NCBI GenBank assembly: GCA_963840455.1 | Contig: CAWIYV010000011.1 | Location: 480,001 to 544,000, forward strand | DNA length: 64,000 bases | Direction of reading: 5' to 3' | Source of the DNA: Nitrospirota bacterium | GTDB taxonomy: Bacteria > Nitrospirota > UBA9217 | Shown here: piece after piece, positions 30,616-41,737 of the stretch | Position numbering within the stretch: position 1 is the stretch's first letter | Layout: each line of letters begins with the position of its first letter | Notes under the pieces: generated by a model | Told to the model about the DNA's origin: nothing | The model's database searches: none | Seen by the model: only the letters and a program-made list of their open reading frames with translations | Program-made: the position numbers and the translations under genes

Positions 30616-31584
30616 ATGGAGACAATTCACAAGAAATCCCTATCTCGTTCCCCACGGGGTATGATCTTTATTGCTGCGCTATTGATAACCGCGGTGTCGG
30701 TCCTTTTCTGGAGCATGCCGCTCATGGCGGCATCGCAAAAATATTTCCCCTCTCCCGAAGATGCCTTGAAAGAACTCGTTGCGGCTGTCAAGGCAAAAGA
30801 CAAGGCTGCACTCGATCAAATATTCGGACCCTCCGGAAAAGACCTTCGCTCTAGTGACGAAGTGCAGGCCGCCAACGAATTTGAGGAGTTTACCAAACAC
30901 GTAGCGGAGAAAACCAGCCTCGTGAAAGAGAATGATTCAAGGGTGATCATTCACCTAGGCAACGAGAACTGGCCATATCCGATTCCCCTTGTAAAAAAGA
31001 ATGGCCAATGGTTCTTTGATACCGAAGCGGGTAAAGAAGAGGTCCTGAACCGAAGGATCGGAGAAGACGAGCTCACTGCCATGCTGGTCTGTCGCTCATA
31101 CGTCAAGGCACAGCGCGAGTATATCCTGAAGGACTGGGATGGTGACGGGATCCTTGCGTATGCACAGAAACTTCGGAGCGATCCCGGCAAGAGGAACGGT
31201 CTCTTCTGGAGACACGCGCCAGGCGAACCAGTGAGTCCGCTGGGTGAACTTGTGGCAAAGGCAAGGATAGAAGGCTATAAGAAGGAAAAGACTGTGTTTA
31301 AGGAACAGCCGGTGCCGTTTCATGGCTACTATTTCAAGATACTGACACAACAGGGAGAGCATGTGCCTGGCGGAAAATACGATTACATCATCAATGGCAA
31401 CATGGTCGGTGGCTTCGGTCTGGTCGCATTTCCATCGAACTGGGGCAAGTCGGGCGTGATGACCTTTATCGTAAACCAGCAGGGCAAGGTTTTTCAGAAA
31501 AACCTCGGACCGGACACCATGAAGATCGCTCAGGAGATGCAATCGTACGATTCAGACGACACGTGGACATTGGTTAAGGAGTGA
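30616..31584 (+). CDS. DUF2950 family protein
   Basis: WPYPIPLVK, RRIG.DE, YAQKL.S, HGYYFKILT.QG, GVMTFIVN; usual partner of DUF3300. Confidence 0.9.
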   Translation: METIHKKSLSRSPRGMIFIAALLITAVSVLFWSMPLMAASQKYFPSPEDALKELVAAVKAKDKAALDQIFGPSGKDLRSSDEVQAANEFEEFTKHVAEKTSLVKENDSRVIIHLGNENWPYPIPLVKKNGQWFFDTEAGKEEVLNRRIGEDELTAMLVCRSYVKAQREYILKDWDGDGILAYAQKLRSDPGKRNGLFWRHAPGEPVSPLGELVAKARIEGYKKEKTVFKEQPVPFHGYYFKILTQQGEHVPGGKYDYIINGNMVGGFGLVAFPSNWGKSGVMTFIVNQQGKVFQKNLGPDTMKIAQEMQSYDSDDTWTLVKE

Positions 31585-31826
31585 TACGTCTTTTAGATCT
31601 CCACATGAGCGAATCCGCGGGAGGATCAAAAAGCCCTTCTCGGCAAGGTGATGAGTAGAAAGCTTGAACAATATCACAGGAAAATGAAATCGATACCCAG
31701 CAGATTCTCATTGTAGATAGCCGCGATGAGGGAAACGCGAGGGGGACGTTGCTGCGGGTTGTTTAGCTTATCTCAGTGTCCTCGGTGAACTCTGCGGCTC
31801 GAAGAATTTAATGCCCCTGTTATTTC

Positions 31827-32594
31827 CTACCGAACGAAATAGACAGCAGCTACCACCAGCCCGACAGCGATCACGATCCAGCGCAAGACGATCGGCTGGA
31901 TCCTGCTCGCCACCCTGCCGCCAAGCACGCCGCCCGCCAGCGCTCCCACAGCCATGACCGCAGCAGCGGTCCAGAGCACCTTGCCGGAGAAGAGGAAGAA
32001 GAGGGCAGCCGCGATATTGATGACGAAGGAGAGCGACTGCTTCAAAGCGTTCAGCCGGGTAAGCGAGTCATCCAGCACGAGGCCCAGCACTGCCAGCATC
32101 ATCACGCCAAGCCCTGCTCCGAAATAGCCTCCGTAGATCGCGGCGAAGAAGATCAGCGGGATGGCCCAGGCCTCATGGGGATGGGTGCGGTCGCTGCCGC
32201 TCATACGCACCATGACCGCGTTCCGCAGCTGGTCCTGGAACGCCAGCAGAATGACCGCGGTCAGGATCAGGTACGGGATGAGCTTCCGGAACGTGGCGTC
32301 GCTCGTGGAGAGGAGCAGGACCCCTCCGGTGATGCCGCCGAGGATGCCCGTGGGCAGGAGCATCCACATGCGTTTCTTCTGCCCCTGCAGATCGCGGCGC
32401 TGTGAGTACGTGCCGCCCACGTACCCCGGGCAGAGCGCGACCGTGTTCGTCACGTTCGCGATCACAGGCGGTACCCCGACCGCGGTCAGCATGGGAAAGG
32501 TGATGAGCGTGCCGCCGCCGGCGATCGCATTCACGAACCCGCCTGCGACCGCAGCAAGACAGACAGCGATGAGATCAATGATGGAGATGGTCAT
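31827..32594 (-). CDS. Sulfite exporter TauE/SafE family protein
   Basis: NAIAGGGTLITFP, YGGYFGAGLG, NALK; ATGA overlap with esterase. Confidence 0.9.
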   Translation of the reverse strand: MTISIIDLIAVCLAAVAGGFVNAIAGGGTLITFPMLTAVGVPPVIANVTNTVALCPGYVGGTYSQRRDLQGQKKRMWMLLPTGILGGITGGVLLLSTSDATFRKLIPYLILTAVILLAFQDQLRNAVMVRMSGSDRTHPHEAWAIPLIFFAAIYGGYFGAGLGVMMLAVLGLVLDDSLTRLNALKQSLSFVINIAAALFFLFSGKVLWTAAAVMAVGALAGGVLGGRVASRIQPIVLRWIVIAVGLVVAAVYFVR

Positions 32595-33349
32595 GTTCGG
32601 TTCGTCCACGTGTACAGCTTCTCCAGGAAGTACGGGAACTGCTTTCGCCACCAGGGCCAGTCGTGGTTCACGTCATGGCCCCAGAGATCGACCCAGCAGG
32701 GAACGCCCTTTGCCTGCAGGATGTCCCGCAGCCGAAGCGTGTCCGCGATCATCGGCTCCTCCCAGGCGCCCTGGCCCACGCAGACAATGATGTCGCTCTT
32801 CCGGTATTGTTCGAGGATGCCGGGGTCGTCGAGGTTCGGCAGGAAGTCGAGCGGGGAGTTGTAGTATACTTCCGGGCTGTTGCCCTGGTAATTGCCAAGG
32901 AAGAAGCGGAAATTATAGACGCCGCTCAGCGCAATGGTCCCCTTGAACACATCCGGATGCTTCAGGAAGAACAGGACCGCGTGGGAAGCGCCCATGCTGA
33001 CGCCGGTGCACATGATGCGCTCCCTGCTCCCGCTGTGCCTGTGGATGAACGGCACGACCTCCTGCACGATATATTGGTCATAATCGTTGTGCCTGCGGGC
33101 CTTCTCCGACGGCCCCTTTTCCCGGCTGTCCCAGGACTGCGGATCGATGCTGTCGACGCAATAGAGCCGGACCTTCCCCTCTTCCAGGAACCGCTCCGCG
33201 GCATGGACCATCCCGTTGTTCTCGAAATCGAAGAACCGTCCGCTGGACGTGGGGAACACGATGTACGGCTGGCCTGCATGCCCGAATACCAGCAGCTCCA
33301 TGTCCTGTCCCAGGTTCGGGCTGTGCCACCTGTGGTATTCGCGGTCCAT
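32591..33349 (-). CDS. Putative esterase (alpha/beta hydrolase)
   Basis: GVSMG nucleophile elbow, GQGAWE, HDWPWW. Confidence 0.88.
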   Translation of the reverse strand: MDREYHRWHSPNLGQDMELLVFGHAGQPYIVFPTSSGRFFDFENNGMVHAAERFLEEGKVRLYCVDSIDPQSWDSREKGPSEKARRHNDYDQYIVQEVVPFIHRHSGSRERIMCTGVSMGASHAVLFFLKHPDVFKGTIALSGVYNFRFFLGNYQGNSPEVYYNSPLDFLPNLDDPGILEQYRKSDIIVCVGQGAWEEPMIADTLRLRDILQAKGVPCWVDLWGHDVNHDWPWWRKQFPYFLEKLYTWTNRT

Positions 33350-33351
33350 GA

Positions 33352-34521
33352 TCAGCCCTTCTCTGTCCCATGCACGATATCGATGGCCTTCCGGACATCG
33401 TCCATGCTCGCTGACCTGACAAGGTAGCCGTAATCACCGATGGCCGCGCGGAACACGCCGCTCACCGGCGTGTGGAACACCAGCAAGGTCCCCAGCTCCT
33501 GCACCACCTGCTCATGCGTCCGGACATACCGCTTCCCGTTCTTTCGTCCGATGTAGCAGCAGTGGTACTTCCGGTCGTATGTCGCCCGGAACTCGTTCCG
33601 GACCACCACGTTCGCCCATTCCCGGTAGATATCGATGTCATTGGCATAATTGAACATGTCGGTGGTGTACCCGCCCGGCGGCCGCATGTTCACCTCCAGC
33701 GCCACGATCTTCCCGTCCTTCCGTGTCCTGAAGAACTCGATATGGAAGAACCTTTCGCGCACGTCGAAGGCCGCCACCGCGGCGCGGCCCGCTGCCTCGA
33801 GGTCAGCAGGGAGATCGCGGAAGGAGCAGTAGTAGATATGCTCATCCTCGGTCACCGTCTCCATGATGCCGCTCATGTACTCGTGGCCCGTGCAGAACAC
33901 GATCTTCCCGTCCCGGTCGGCCAGACCATCGAAGCTCATGATCTCGCCGTCGATGAACTCCTCCATGATGAATTCGACATCATGCCTTGATCGGAAGAAC
34001 GCTGTCAGCTCGGCATCGTTCCTGATCTTATAGGTGTGCAAGGCGCCCACGCCCCGGTCCGGCTTGGCAACGACAGGATAGCCGGTGTCCCGGATAAGCG
34101 CTCGTGCGGCATCGATATCATGGACCGCGGCCCCCCGCGCGACTGTGATGCCCGCCTGGCGGAAGCGCTCCTTCATCCTTGACTTCCGCGTTACCGAATC
34201 GACGGTGTCCGTCCTGAGGCCGAACATGTTGAAGTCCGTCCGGATGCGGGCCTCGAGGTCGAGCCAGTGCTCATTGAACGAATCGATCCTGTCCATCTTA
34301 CCGTAACGATGGGTGAAGTAGCCGACCGCCCGCAGGACCTGTTCATAGTCCTCCATGCTGCTCACGCGATAGTACTCGGTCAGCGCGTTCCGCAGTTCCG
34401 GCCGCAGGCTCTCGTACGGGGCATCGCCGATCCCGAGCGCGTTCGCGCCTGCGTGCTTCAAACCGACGCTGAACGGGTAGTAGTTGTCAGGGAAATGCGG
34501 GGAGAAATGGATGACGTTCAT
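33352..34521 (-). CDS. ATP-grasp domain protein
   Basis: KSRMK, GYPVVAKPD.GVGA, EEFIDG, FHIEFF, LEVNMRP. Confidence 0.88.
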   Translation of the reverse strand: MNVIHFSPHFPDNYYPFSVGLKHAGANALGIGDAPYESLRPELRNALTEYYRVSSMEDYEQVLRAVGYFTHRYGKMDRIDSFNEHWLDLEARIRTDFNMFGLRTDTVDSVTRKSRMKERFRQAGITVARGAAVHDIDAARALIRDTGYPVVAKPDRGVGALHTYKIRNDAELTAFFRSRHDVEFIMEEFIDGEIMSFDGLADRDGKIVFCTGHEYMSGIMETVTEDEHIYYCSFRDLPADLEAAGRAAVAAFDVRERFFHIEFFRTRKDGKIVALEVNMRPPGGYTTDMFNYANDIDIYREWANVVVRNEFRATYDRKYHCCYIGRKNGKRYVRTHEQVVQELGTLLVFHTPVSGVFRAAIGDYGYLVRSASMDDVRKAIDIVHGTEKG

Positions 34522-34587
34522 GGGACCTCAAACGAGAACCGGAGCACGGGTCAGCGCCTGTGCTCCGGATGAAATTGGGACGGACCG

Positions 34588-36138
34588 TTACTCCCACTCG
34601 ATCGTGCTCGGCGGCTTGGACGAGATGTCGAAGACCACGCGGTTCACGCCCTTGACCTCGTTGATGATCCGGTTCGACATGATGCCCAGGAGCTCGTAGG
34701 GGACCTTCGCCCAGTCAGCCGTCATGCCGTCCTGGCTCGTGACCGCGCGGATGGCAACCACGTTCTCATAGGTCCGCTCGTCGCCCATGACGCCCACGGT
34801 CTTGATGGGGAGCAGCACGGCGAAGGACTGCCAGATGTCCTTGTACAGCCCCGCCTTCTTGATCTCCTCGATCACGATGGCGTCGGCCTCGCGCAATATC
34901 CTGAGCCGCAGCTCAGTCACCTCGCCCAGGATGCGGATGGCGAGTCCCGGGCCGGGGAAGGGCTGGCGGTCGATGATGTCGTCGGGCATCTTCATCTCCC
35001 TGCCGATGGCCCGGACCTCGTCCTTGAACAGCTCGCGCAGGGGCTCGACCAGTTTCAGCTTCATCTTCTCGGGCAGGCCGCCCACGTTGTGGTGCGACTT
35101 GATGATGGCCGACGGGCCCTTGAATGAGACGCTCTCGATCACGTCCGGGTAGAGCGTGCCCTGAACCAGGAACTCGGCGCCGCCCACGTTGTGCGCCTCC
35201 TGCTCGAAGACCTCGATGAACGTGCCGCCGATGATCTTCCGCTTCTTCTCCGGGTCCTCGACGCCCTTGAGCCGGTCGAGGAATTTAGCGGAAGCGTCGA
35301 CGTACTTGAGGTTCAGCCCCATGTCCTTGAACGAGTGCTGCACCTTTTCCGCCTCGTCCTTCCGGAGCACGCCGTTGTTCACGAAGATGCAGGTAAGCTG
35401 CTTGCCGATGGCCTTGTGCACGAGCACCGCGGCGACCGAGGAGTCGACCCCTCCGGAAAGCCCGCAGACTGCCTGCTTGCTGCCCACGGCCTTGCGGATC
35501 TCTCCCACGGAGTAATCGACGAAGGAGGCCATGGTCCAGGAGGGTTTGCAGCCGCATAAGGTGTACACGAAGTTCCTGAGGATCTGCACGCCCTGCGGCG
35601 TGTGCACCACCTCGGGATGGAACTGGACGCCGTAGAACTTCCGCTGCTCGTCGGCCATGGCAGCGGTCGGCGAGTTGCCGGTGTGCGCGATGGCATGGAA
35701 CCCCTGGGGCATCTTCTCGATGCGATCGCCGTGGCTCATCCAGACCGTTGCCTTGCCCCCTTCGCCGATCCCGGCAAAGAGGCCTTCGTTCTTATGGATG
35801 TTCAGGTCGGCCCTGCCGTACTCGCGCTTGGTGGATTTCGCCACCTGTCCGCCGAGCACATGCGTCAGGAGCTGCATGCCGTAGCAGATGCCGAGCACCG
35901 GGACACCGAGGTCCAGGTGCGCCTTGTCGATGAGCGGTGCGCCGGTATCGTAGACGCTGGACGGACCGCCCGAGAGGATCAGCCCCTTGGGCCGGAAGGC
36001 CTTGACCTTCTCCAGCCCGGCGTTATAGGGGAAGATCTCGCAGTAGACCTTGGCCTCGCGCACACGTCGGGCAATGAGCTGGGTGTACTGGGACCCGAAA
36101 TCGAGGATAAGGATTCGTTCGCTATGGATGTCGGACAC
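34588..36138 (-). CDS. guaA: GMP synthase (glutamine-hydrolysing)
   Basis: [43 protein letters not shown]. Confidence 0.98.
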   Translation of the reverse strand: MSDIHSERILILDFGSQYTQLIARRVREAKVYCEIFPYNAGLEKVKAFRPKGLILSGGPSSVYDTGAPLIDKAHLDLGVPVLGICYGMQLLTHVLGGQVAKSTKREYGRADLNIHKNEGLFAGIGEGGKATVWMSHGDRIEKMPQGFHAIAHTGNSPTAAMADEQRKFYGVQFHPEVVHTPQGVQILRNFVYTLCGCKPSWTMASFVDYSVGEIRKAVGSKQAVCGLSGGVDSSVAAVLVHKAIGKQLTCIFVNNGVLRKDEAEKVQHSFKDMGLNLKYVDASAKFLDRLKGVEDPEKKRKIIGGTFIEVFEQEAHNVGGAEFLVQGTLYPDVIESVSFKGPSAIIKSHHNVGGLPEKMKLKLVEPLRELFKDEVRAIGREMKMPDDIIDRQPFPGPGLAIRILGEVTELRLRILREADAIVIEEIKKAGLYKDIWQSFAVLLPIKTVGVMGDERTYENVVAIRAVTSQDGMTADWAKVPYELLGIMSNRIINEVKGVNRVVFDISSKPPSTIEWE

Positions 36139-36378
36139 AAATGACTCCTTTTACTGCTTTAAGATCGAAGACGAACAATGCGGCAATGATAAAGATCCGT
36201 CACCGCGAAGTCGCAAAGAACGCGAAGAATACCAGGCAAATAGGATTCTTCGGTTTGGTACCCCTGGCGTCCTTCGCACCTTAGCAGTTCCAAAATCCTG
36301 ACCTTGCCTGACAGGCTTGATGAATAGTTCAAGCATCTTACCAACGAAGCCCCGGCATGTCAATCCGTGTTTCGGGTC

Positions 36379-36408
36379 TTGACATCGGCCTCCCCCGCCG
36401 TCTATTAT
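36379..36408 (+). promoter_or_regulatory. Sigma70-type promoter, probably leaderless transcript
   Basis: TTGACA-N18-TATTAT ending 6 nt before ATG 36415; no SD. Confidence 0.6.
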
Positions 36409-36414
36409 GCCCCC

Positions 36415-37179
36415 ATGAGCCATCCGGCCTATGAACAACTGCAGGACATCGCCCACCGGGTCGCGAAGACCCTTCCGGTGCCTGCCTTCTACGGCCGCCA
36501 CGCGAAGACGATCCGCTTTGCCGGCGAGCACCTCGCTGCAAGCGAACTGCTCTCCGAGTGCCGCGCCTACCTTGACGAGTCCAAGCTCGAATGCGCCCAT
36601 GGGCTTTGCCACTGCGAGGCTGTTGCCCGCGACGCGGGCGCGCTCGTCCTGATCGAGGCCCCGGGCCGGGGCATCGGCGAGGACGACGCTGCCGGCCTGT
36701 TCCTTGCCGCCGAGCTTGCAGGCCTACTGCACGATATCAAGCGGAAGGAAAAGGATCACGCGCGGCTCGGCAGCATCGAGGCGGACCGCATCCTGAAGGA
36801 CCTGGGGCTGGAGAAGGACTACCGGAAGTACATTGTTGACGCCATCAGGAACCACGAGGCGTTCAAGGGGACGACAAAGGCGGATGACGAGGAGGGACAG
36901 TTGGTGAGCGACGCACTCTACGACGCGGACAAGTTCCGCTGGGGGCCCGAGAACTTCACCACGACCCTCTGGACCATCGTGAAAGATTACGACATGCCGC
37001 CCGAGAGCCTGCACAAGGTGTTCAAGGAAAAGATGAAGGGCATCGAGAAGATCAAGGATACCTTCCGGACCAGAACGGGTCTCCAGTTCGGCCCGGAGAT
37101 CATCGACCAGGGCATCACCATCGGCAACGCTATATATAAGGAAATGAACCTGATGCTGGAGAACGGCTCCTTGTCGTGA
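36415..37179 (+). CDS. HD-domain phosphohydrolase
   Basis: HG..H, LLHDI, RNHE, YDADK. Confidence 0.82.
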   Translation: MSHPAYEQLQDIAHRVAKTLPVPAFYGRHAKTIRFAGEHLAASELLSECRAYLDESKLECAHGLCHCEAVARDAGALVLIEAPGRGIGEDDAAGLFLAAELAGLLHDIKRKEKDHARLGSIEADRILKDLGLEKDYRKYIVDAIRNHEAFKGTTKADDEEGQLVSDALYDADKFRWGPENFTTTLWTIVKDYDMPPESLHKVFKEKMKGIEKIKDTFRTRTGLQFGPEIIDQGITIGNAIYKEMNLMLENGSLS

Positions 37180-37233
37180 ACATCGTCGCATAACGCAGCG
37201 CTCTCTCTGACCCGACAATACTGCACCATAAAC

Positions 37234-37264
37234 AAAGGCAGGCCACGATGGCCTGCCTTTTTCC
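37234..37264. terminator. Rho-independent terminator (possibly bidirectional)
   Basis: aaaggcaggcca-cga-tggcctgccttt plus T-run, between convergent genes. Confidence 0.75.
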
Positions 37265-37330
37265 GTCCCGATCATGAACCCAGGAACGCGTGTATTTCCT
37301 GCAGCCTGATGCCAGGACCTGCGGCCTACC

Positions 37331-38242
37331 CTAATCGATATCGCCGATCTGGCCTTTCGGCTTGTTCCCGTACACCTTCCGCATGGTCGCGCCTGCCTGT
37401 TCCTTGCGCTTCTCCAGCGCGCCTTCCTTGAACGGGAGCGTATCCTCGGCAAAGATCGCCTGCCGGAGCCATTCGTAGGAGAGCTTCAGGAGCTCGGTGT
37501 CGTCGGTCCGAACCTTCTCGATCCGTTCCGCAGGGATGTCGTAGAGCTCGAGGAAGGTGCTGTTGAACACGAAGGCGCGGAAGTAATCGGTGTCAAAGCT
37601 CATCTTGAAGAACATCTCGTTCTTGATCTCCGGGAACTCCTTCCCCTGACCATGGGACTTCTTCTTGATCAGGATCTCCATCCAGCCGCGGTTCATCTCG
37701 TCATAGAGATCAGCGCCCTGGTCAGCCCGCCACTCACCGATGGTCCACTGCTTGTCCTCCTCGAACCCCTTGCAGTGGTCCTCCTTGGTCATGAAGTAGA
37801 ATTCATCCTTTCCGCCCTCGGCGTCCACCTTCCTGAGCGTGGCCATGCCGACGGGGTAGTAGCGGCAAATGTTCGGCCGGTCCTCATAAACCGTGCAGCC
37901 CTGGGGCGTCACGAAAGGACAGCTCTTCTTCTCGTCGTCCCGCATCTTGAGCGTCACGACCGGGAACAGGGTCTTGTCAAGGATCTGGATGTCGCCGTAC
38001 TTGCGTATGAACTCGTGGGCTGCAAGGCCGAGCCGCTTCCGGAGCCGCAGCAGATCGTACGGCGGCAGCGCGATGTTCACGTTGCTGCAGCACGCCGTGA
38101 AGCACCGCACCTTCGGATGACAGCGGAACTTGAACCGGCTGTCCTTGGTCAGCTTGACCGGCACGACCTTGTCGCTCTTGCCCTTGCTGACCGCAAAATC
38201 GAAATCTTCCGCTTCCACATCATCAATTTTCTTCTTGCTCAT
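37331..38242 (-). CDS. YkgJ-family (CxxCxxCC) cysteine cluster protein
   Basis: FRCHPKVRCFTACC, CPF....C.VYEDRP..CRYYP, HCKG. Confidence 0.85.
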   Translation of the reverse strand: MSKKKIDDVEAEDFDFAVSKGKSDKVVPVKLTKDSRFKFRCHPKVRCFTACCSNVNIALPPYDLLRLRKRLGLAAHEFIRKYGDIQILDKTLFPVVTLKMRDDEKKSCPFVTPQGCTVYEDRPNICRYYPVGMATLRKVDAEGGKDEFYFMTKEDHCKGFEEDKQWTIGEWRADQGADLYDEMNRGWMEILIKKKSHGQGKEFPEIKNEMFFKMSFDTDYFRAFVFNSTFLELYDIPAERIEKVRTDDTELLKLSYEWLRQAIFAEDTLPFKEGALEKRKEQAGATMRKVYGNKPKGQIGDID

Positions 38243-38302
38243 CGTCCCGTTTCCTTTCGCTTCTTGTCCCTGTCTATTCCGTATTCGCCACTCCGTACTT
38301 TA

Positions 38303-38800
38303 TCACTGCATCCATCCCTGGATCTCCTCATGCTGCCGGAGCAGGAGTTCGATTCCCTCGTGTCCCGGCCCGAGGACCTGCCGGAACCGTTCCATCGCCT
38401 CTTCGAAGGACATGGCGGCTGCACCCTTCGTCAGATTGTCCGCGTACGATACGATCTTCTCCTCGGGCGAGAGCGGCAAGTAGTCCTTCTTCGGCAGACC
38501 CAGGCGCTCGGCCTCAGCTGCCGTGATCCCTGCCCCGATATGGCGCTCGATGATGGCAAGTAGTGCCTCGGGAAAGCCGAGCTCCCGGCCGATCTTTGCG
38601 CCCTCAAGGGCATGATGGATATCGTGGGACCGCGCCCTCCCGATGTCATGGAAGAGCCCGCCTAACCGTACCAGTTCGCGATCAACGCTGATCTGCTTGA
38701 CCTGCTCCGCGAAGGCAACCGCTGTTTGCGATACGGCCCTGCAGTGCGCGACCACGCCCGGGGAGCACCCGGCCTCTATCAAGATCTTCTCATCCTGCAT
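38303..38800 (-). CDS. HDIG-type HD-domain protein
   Basis: HCRAV, FHDIGR, ERHIGAG, EEKIVSYAD. Confidence 0.88.
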   Translation of the reverse strand: MQDEKILIEAGCSPGVVAHCRAVSQTAVAFAEQVKQISVDRELVRLGGLFHDIGRARSHDIHHALEGAKIGRELGFPEALLAIIERHIGAGITAAEAERLGLPKKDYLPLSPEEKIVSYADNLTKGAAAMSFEEAMERFRQVLGPGHEGIELLLRQHEEIQGWMQ

Positions 38801-38949
38801 TGAAGAGGCATATTACCACATCACTTGTCAAAAACAAAAAACAAAAGACGCCTTGCCGCAGAGGGCACCGAGTTCTCCAAGAACTGCTTTCGCCCGCAGG
38901 GATCGGTCAGGGAGCTTAACCAGTTCTTGAGGAGCTCTGTGCTCACTAT

Positions 38950-38981
38950 AAAAAAGGGGCTGGCCTGTTGGCCAGCCCCTC
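38950..38981 (-). terminator. Terminator after hppA
   Basis: aggggctggcc-aaca-ggccagcccct followed by T-run on minus strand. Confidence 0.8.
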
Positions 38982-39005
38982 GTTGATACTGCCGGATGAC
39001 GCTGC

Positions 39006-41084
39006 TTACTTGATCAACGGTACGATCAGGAGCGCAACGATGTTGATGACCTTGATCATCGGGTTGATGGCCGGTCCTGCGGTGTCCTTGTAAGGGTCGC
39101 CGACCGTGTCGCCGGTGACCGAGGCCTTGTGCCCGTCGCTGCCCTTCTTGTGCACGACACCCTTGCTGTCGGTGACGCCGTCCTCAAAGGACTTCTTGGC
39201 ATTGTCCCATGCGCCGCCGCCCGAGGTCATGGCAATGGCCTGGAACAGGCCGGTCACGATGGCGCCGATGAGCACGCCGCCCAAGGCTTCTTTGCCCAGA
39301 ATGAGGCCCACCAGAACCGGCACGACCACCGGGAGGAGCGCCGGGAGCATCATCTCATGGATGGCGCTCTTGGTCACGATGTCAACGCACTTGCCGTACT
39401 CCGGTTTGCCGGTGCCTTCCATGATGCCTTTGATCTCGCGGAACTGTCTGCGAACTTCCTCCACCACACCGCCTGCGGCCTTTGCCACGGACTCCATAAG
39501 GAGCGCGCCGAAGTAGTAGGGGAGCAGGCCGCCGATGAACAGGCCGCAAAGAACCATGGGGTTCGAAAGGTCGAACAGGATCGTCGTTCCGAAGGAGCGT
39601 GAATATTCCGAGAACAGCACCAAAGCGGCAAGAGCCGCGGAGCCGATGGCATAGCCCTTGGTCACGGCCTTGGTGGTGTTGCCGACCGCATCGAGGGGGT
39701 CCGTGATATCGCGGATCTCTTTCGGGAGGTGGGCCATTTCAGCGACGCCGCCCGCATTGTCCGTGATCGGGCCGTACGAGTCGATCGCCACGACGATGCC
39801 GGTCATGGAGAGCATGGATACCGCTGCCAGCGCGATGGCAAAGATGCCGCCCGAGGCAGCGTTCGCCTGGCCGGAGAATCCGCCGCCAAGCCAGTATGCG
39901 CCGAGGATCGAGGCAACGATCACGAGCACCGGCGCTGAGGTGGACTTCATGCTGACCGCGAGTCCGGCGATCACGTTCGTGCCGTGGCCGGTCAGGCTCG
40001 CCTGCGCAATGTGCTGCACCGGGGGATACTCTTTCGCGGTGAAGTACTCGGTGATCCATACGATCAGCCCGGTGAGGGCAAGGCCGATGAGGGAAATGAA
40101 GAACACGGTGTTCGCCGTAAACACTCCGGCTTTGTCGCCAAGTCCGGCGATAAAGCTCTTGGCCACGAAGTAGAACGCAATTGCCGCGATAACACCTGCA
40201 ACGGCGAGACCCTTATACAGGGCGCCCATGATGTAGTTGTTCTTGCCGAGCTTCACGGCATAGGTGCCGATGATGGAAGCAATGATCGAAACACCGCCCA
40301 GCATGAGCGGGAACTCGATCCACGGGCTGTCCGCGCCGAACACGGTCTTGGCGAGCAGCATGGCGGCCACGAGGGTCACCGTGTAGGTCTCATAGAGGTC
40401 GGCAGCCATACCGGCGCAGTCGCCCACGTTGTCGCCCACGTTGTCGGCGATCACCGCCGGGTTGCGCGGATCGTCTTCGGGGATGTTCTTCTCGACCTTG
40501 CCCACGAGGTCGGCGCCCACGTCAGCTGCCTTGGTGTAGATGCCGCCCGCGATACGGGCGAACACGCTCATGAGCGAGCAGCCGAAGCCGAGCCCGATGA
40601 GCGCAGTGGAAACCTGCTCGGCCGGAGCCATGGACTTCGCGATGAAGTAGAAACCTGCGAGGCCGATGATGCCGAGGCCCACGACCATGATGCCCGTCAC
40701 CGAGCCGCCCTTGAACGCGAGGCTGAGCGCGGCCTGAAGGCCTTTGCTCGCTGCCGCTGCGGTACGCACGTTGGCGCGGAGCGAAACCCACATGCCGATG
40801 AAGCCGGCAAGAGCGGAACCGACCGTACCGATGATGAATCCGGCGGCTGCCCACTTACCGAGGGCGGGAACGAAGATCAGGATAGCCAACAGGACCACTG
40901 CGACGATCGCGACTGTCTTGTACTCGCGCGCCAGGAACGCATTAGCGCCTTCCTTCACTGCATTGGAAATGTCGATCATTTTCTGATTGCCTGAATCCTG
41001 CTTGTTCACCCAAATAGCGGTCATGATGCCGTAGATGACTCCGGCGATGCCGCATACGAGGGCAAAAAGAATCGTGTTACTCAT
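39006..41084 (-). CDS. hppA: Membrane-bound ion-translocating pyrophosphatase (K+-independent H+ type)
   Basis: [36 protein letters not shown]. Confidence 0.96.
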   Translation of the reverse strand: MSNTILFALVCGIAGVIYGIMTAIWVNKQDSGNQKMIDISNAVKEGANAFLAREYKTVAIVAVVLLAILIFVPALGKWAAAGFIIGTVGSALAGFIGMWVSLRANVRTAAAASKGLQAALSLAFKGGSVTGIMVVGLGIIGLAGFYFIAKSMAPAEQVSTALIGLGFGCSLMSVFARIAGGIYTKAADVGADLVGKVEKNIPEDDPRNPAVIADNVGDNVGDCAGMAADLYETYTVTLVAAMLLAKTVFGADSPWIEFPLMLGGVSIIASIIGTYAVKLGKNNYIMGALYKGLAVAGVIAAIAFYFVAKSFIAGLGDKAGVFTANTVFFISLIGLALTGLIVWITEYFTAKEYPPVQHIAQASLTGHGTNVIAGLAVSMKSTSAPVLVIVASILGAYWLGGGFSGQANAASGGIFAIALAAVSMLSMTGIVVAIDSYGPITDNAGGVAEMAHLPKEIRDITDPLDAVGNTTKAVTKGYAIGSAALAALVLFSEYSRSFGTTILFDLSNPMVLCGLFIGGLLPYYFGALLMESVAKAAGGVVEEVRRQFREIKGIMEGTGKPEYGKCVDIVTKSAIHEMMLPALLPVVVPVLVGLILGKEALGGVLIGAIVTGLFQAIAMTSGGGAWDNAKKSFEDGVTDSKGVVHKKGSDGHKASVTGDTVGDPYKDTAGPAINPMIKVINIVALLIVPLIK

Positions 41085-41271
41085 TGATAATCTCCTCCTT
41101 TTGCATCGGTTTTTTTAAGCTGAGAACAATACCTATTTCACATGAATGCCTGACAACGTATCATAATGATCACTGGTGAATCGGTAACGCTTGAAACCCT
41201 CTTTCCTTTTCCCGGCATCCCTCCCTGCTCATGGCATCGTCCGGACAGCGCCCGGTGTATGTGTATGTTCC

Positions 41272-41703
41272 CTATGCGTCGAAACCGCCGATAAAGTCCT
41301 TCAGGTACTGGTTCTCTGCCTTGAGGTTCTTGACCAGCACCCGCACCACGTCGCGCATGGAGAGCATGCCGACGAGGCCGTGCTCGTCCACGACCGGCAG
41401 GTGCCGGATGTTGTTCTGGATCATGACGGCCATGACGTAATCGAGGTCATCGCCGGACTTGGAGACGATGAGGTTCGTGGTCATGACGTCCTTGGTCCTG
41501 ATCTCCTTGCAGCTCTTGCCGTTCGCGACGGAACGCACGATGTCGCGCTCTGTGATGATCCCGGTGAGCGTCCCCTTATCCATCACGAGGAGCGCGCCGA
41601 TGCGGCACTCCGCCATCTGCTTCGATGCGTCGAGGAGCGACTGGTCGCTCATGATGCTGAAACATTCGATGCCCTTGATGCCTAGCAGTTCTTTTACTTT
41701 CAT
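41272..41703 (-). CDS. CBS-pair protein
   Basis: IGALLV, GIITERD, IRHLPVV, GMLSMRD. Confidence 0.92.
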   Translation of the reverse strand: MKVKELLGIKGIECFSIMSDQSLLDASKQMAECRIGALLVMDKGTLTGIITERDIVRSVANGKSCKEIRTKDVMTTNLIVSKSGDDLDYVMAVMIQNNIRHLPVVDEHGLVGMLSMRDVVRVLVKNLKAENQYLKDFIGGFDA

Positions 41704-41737
41704 GGTACACCTCTATTAATGAACGACCATTACGGTT

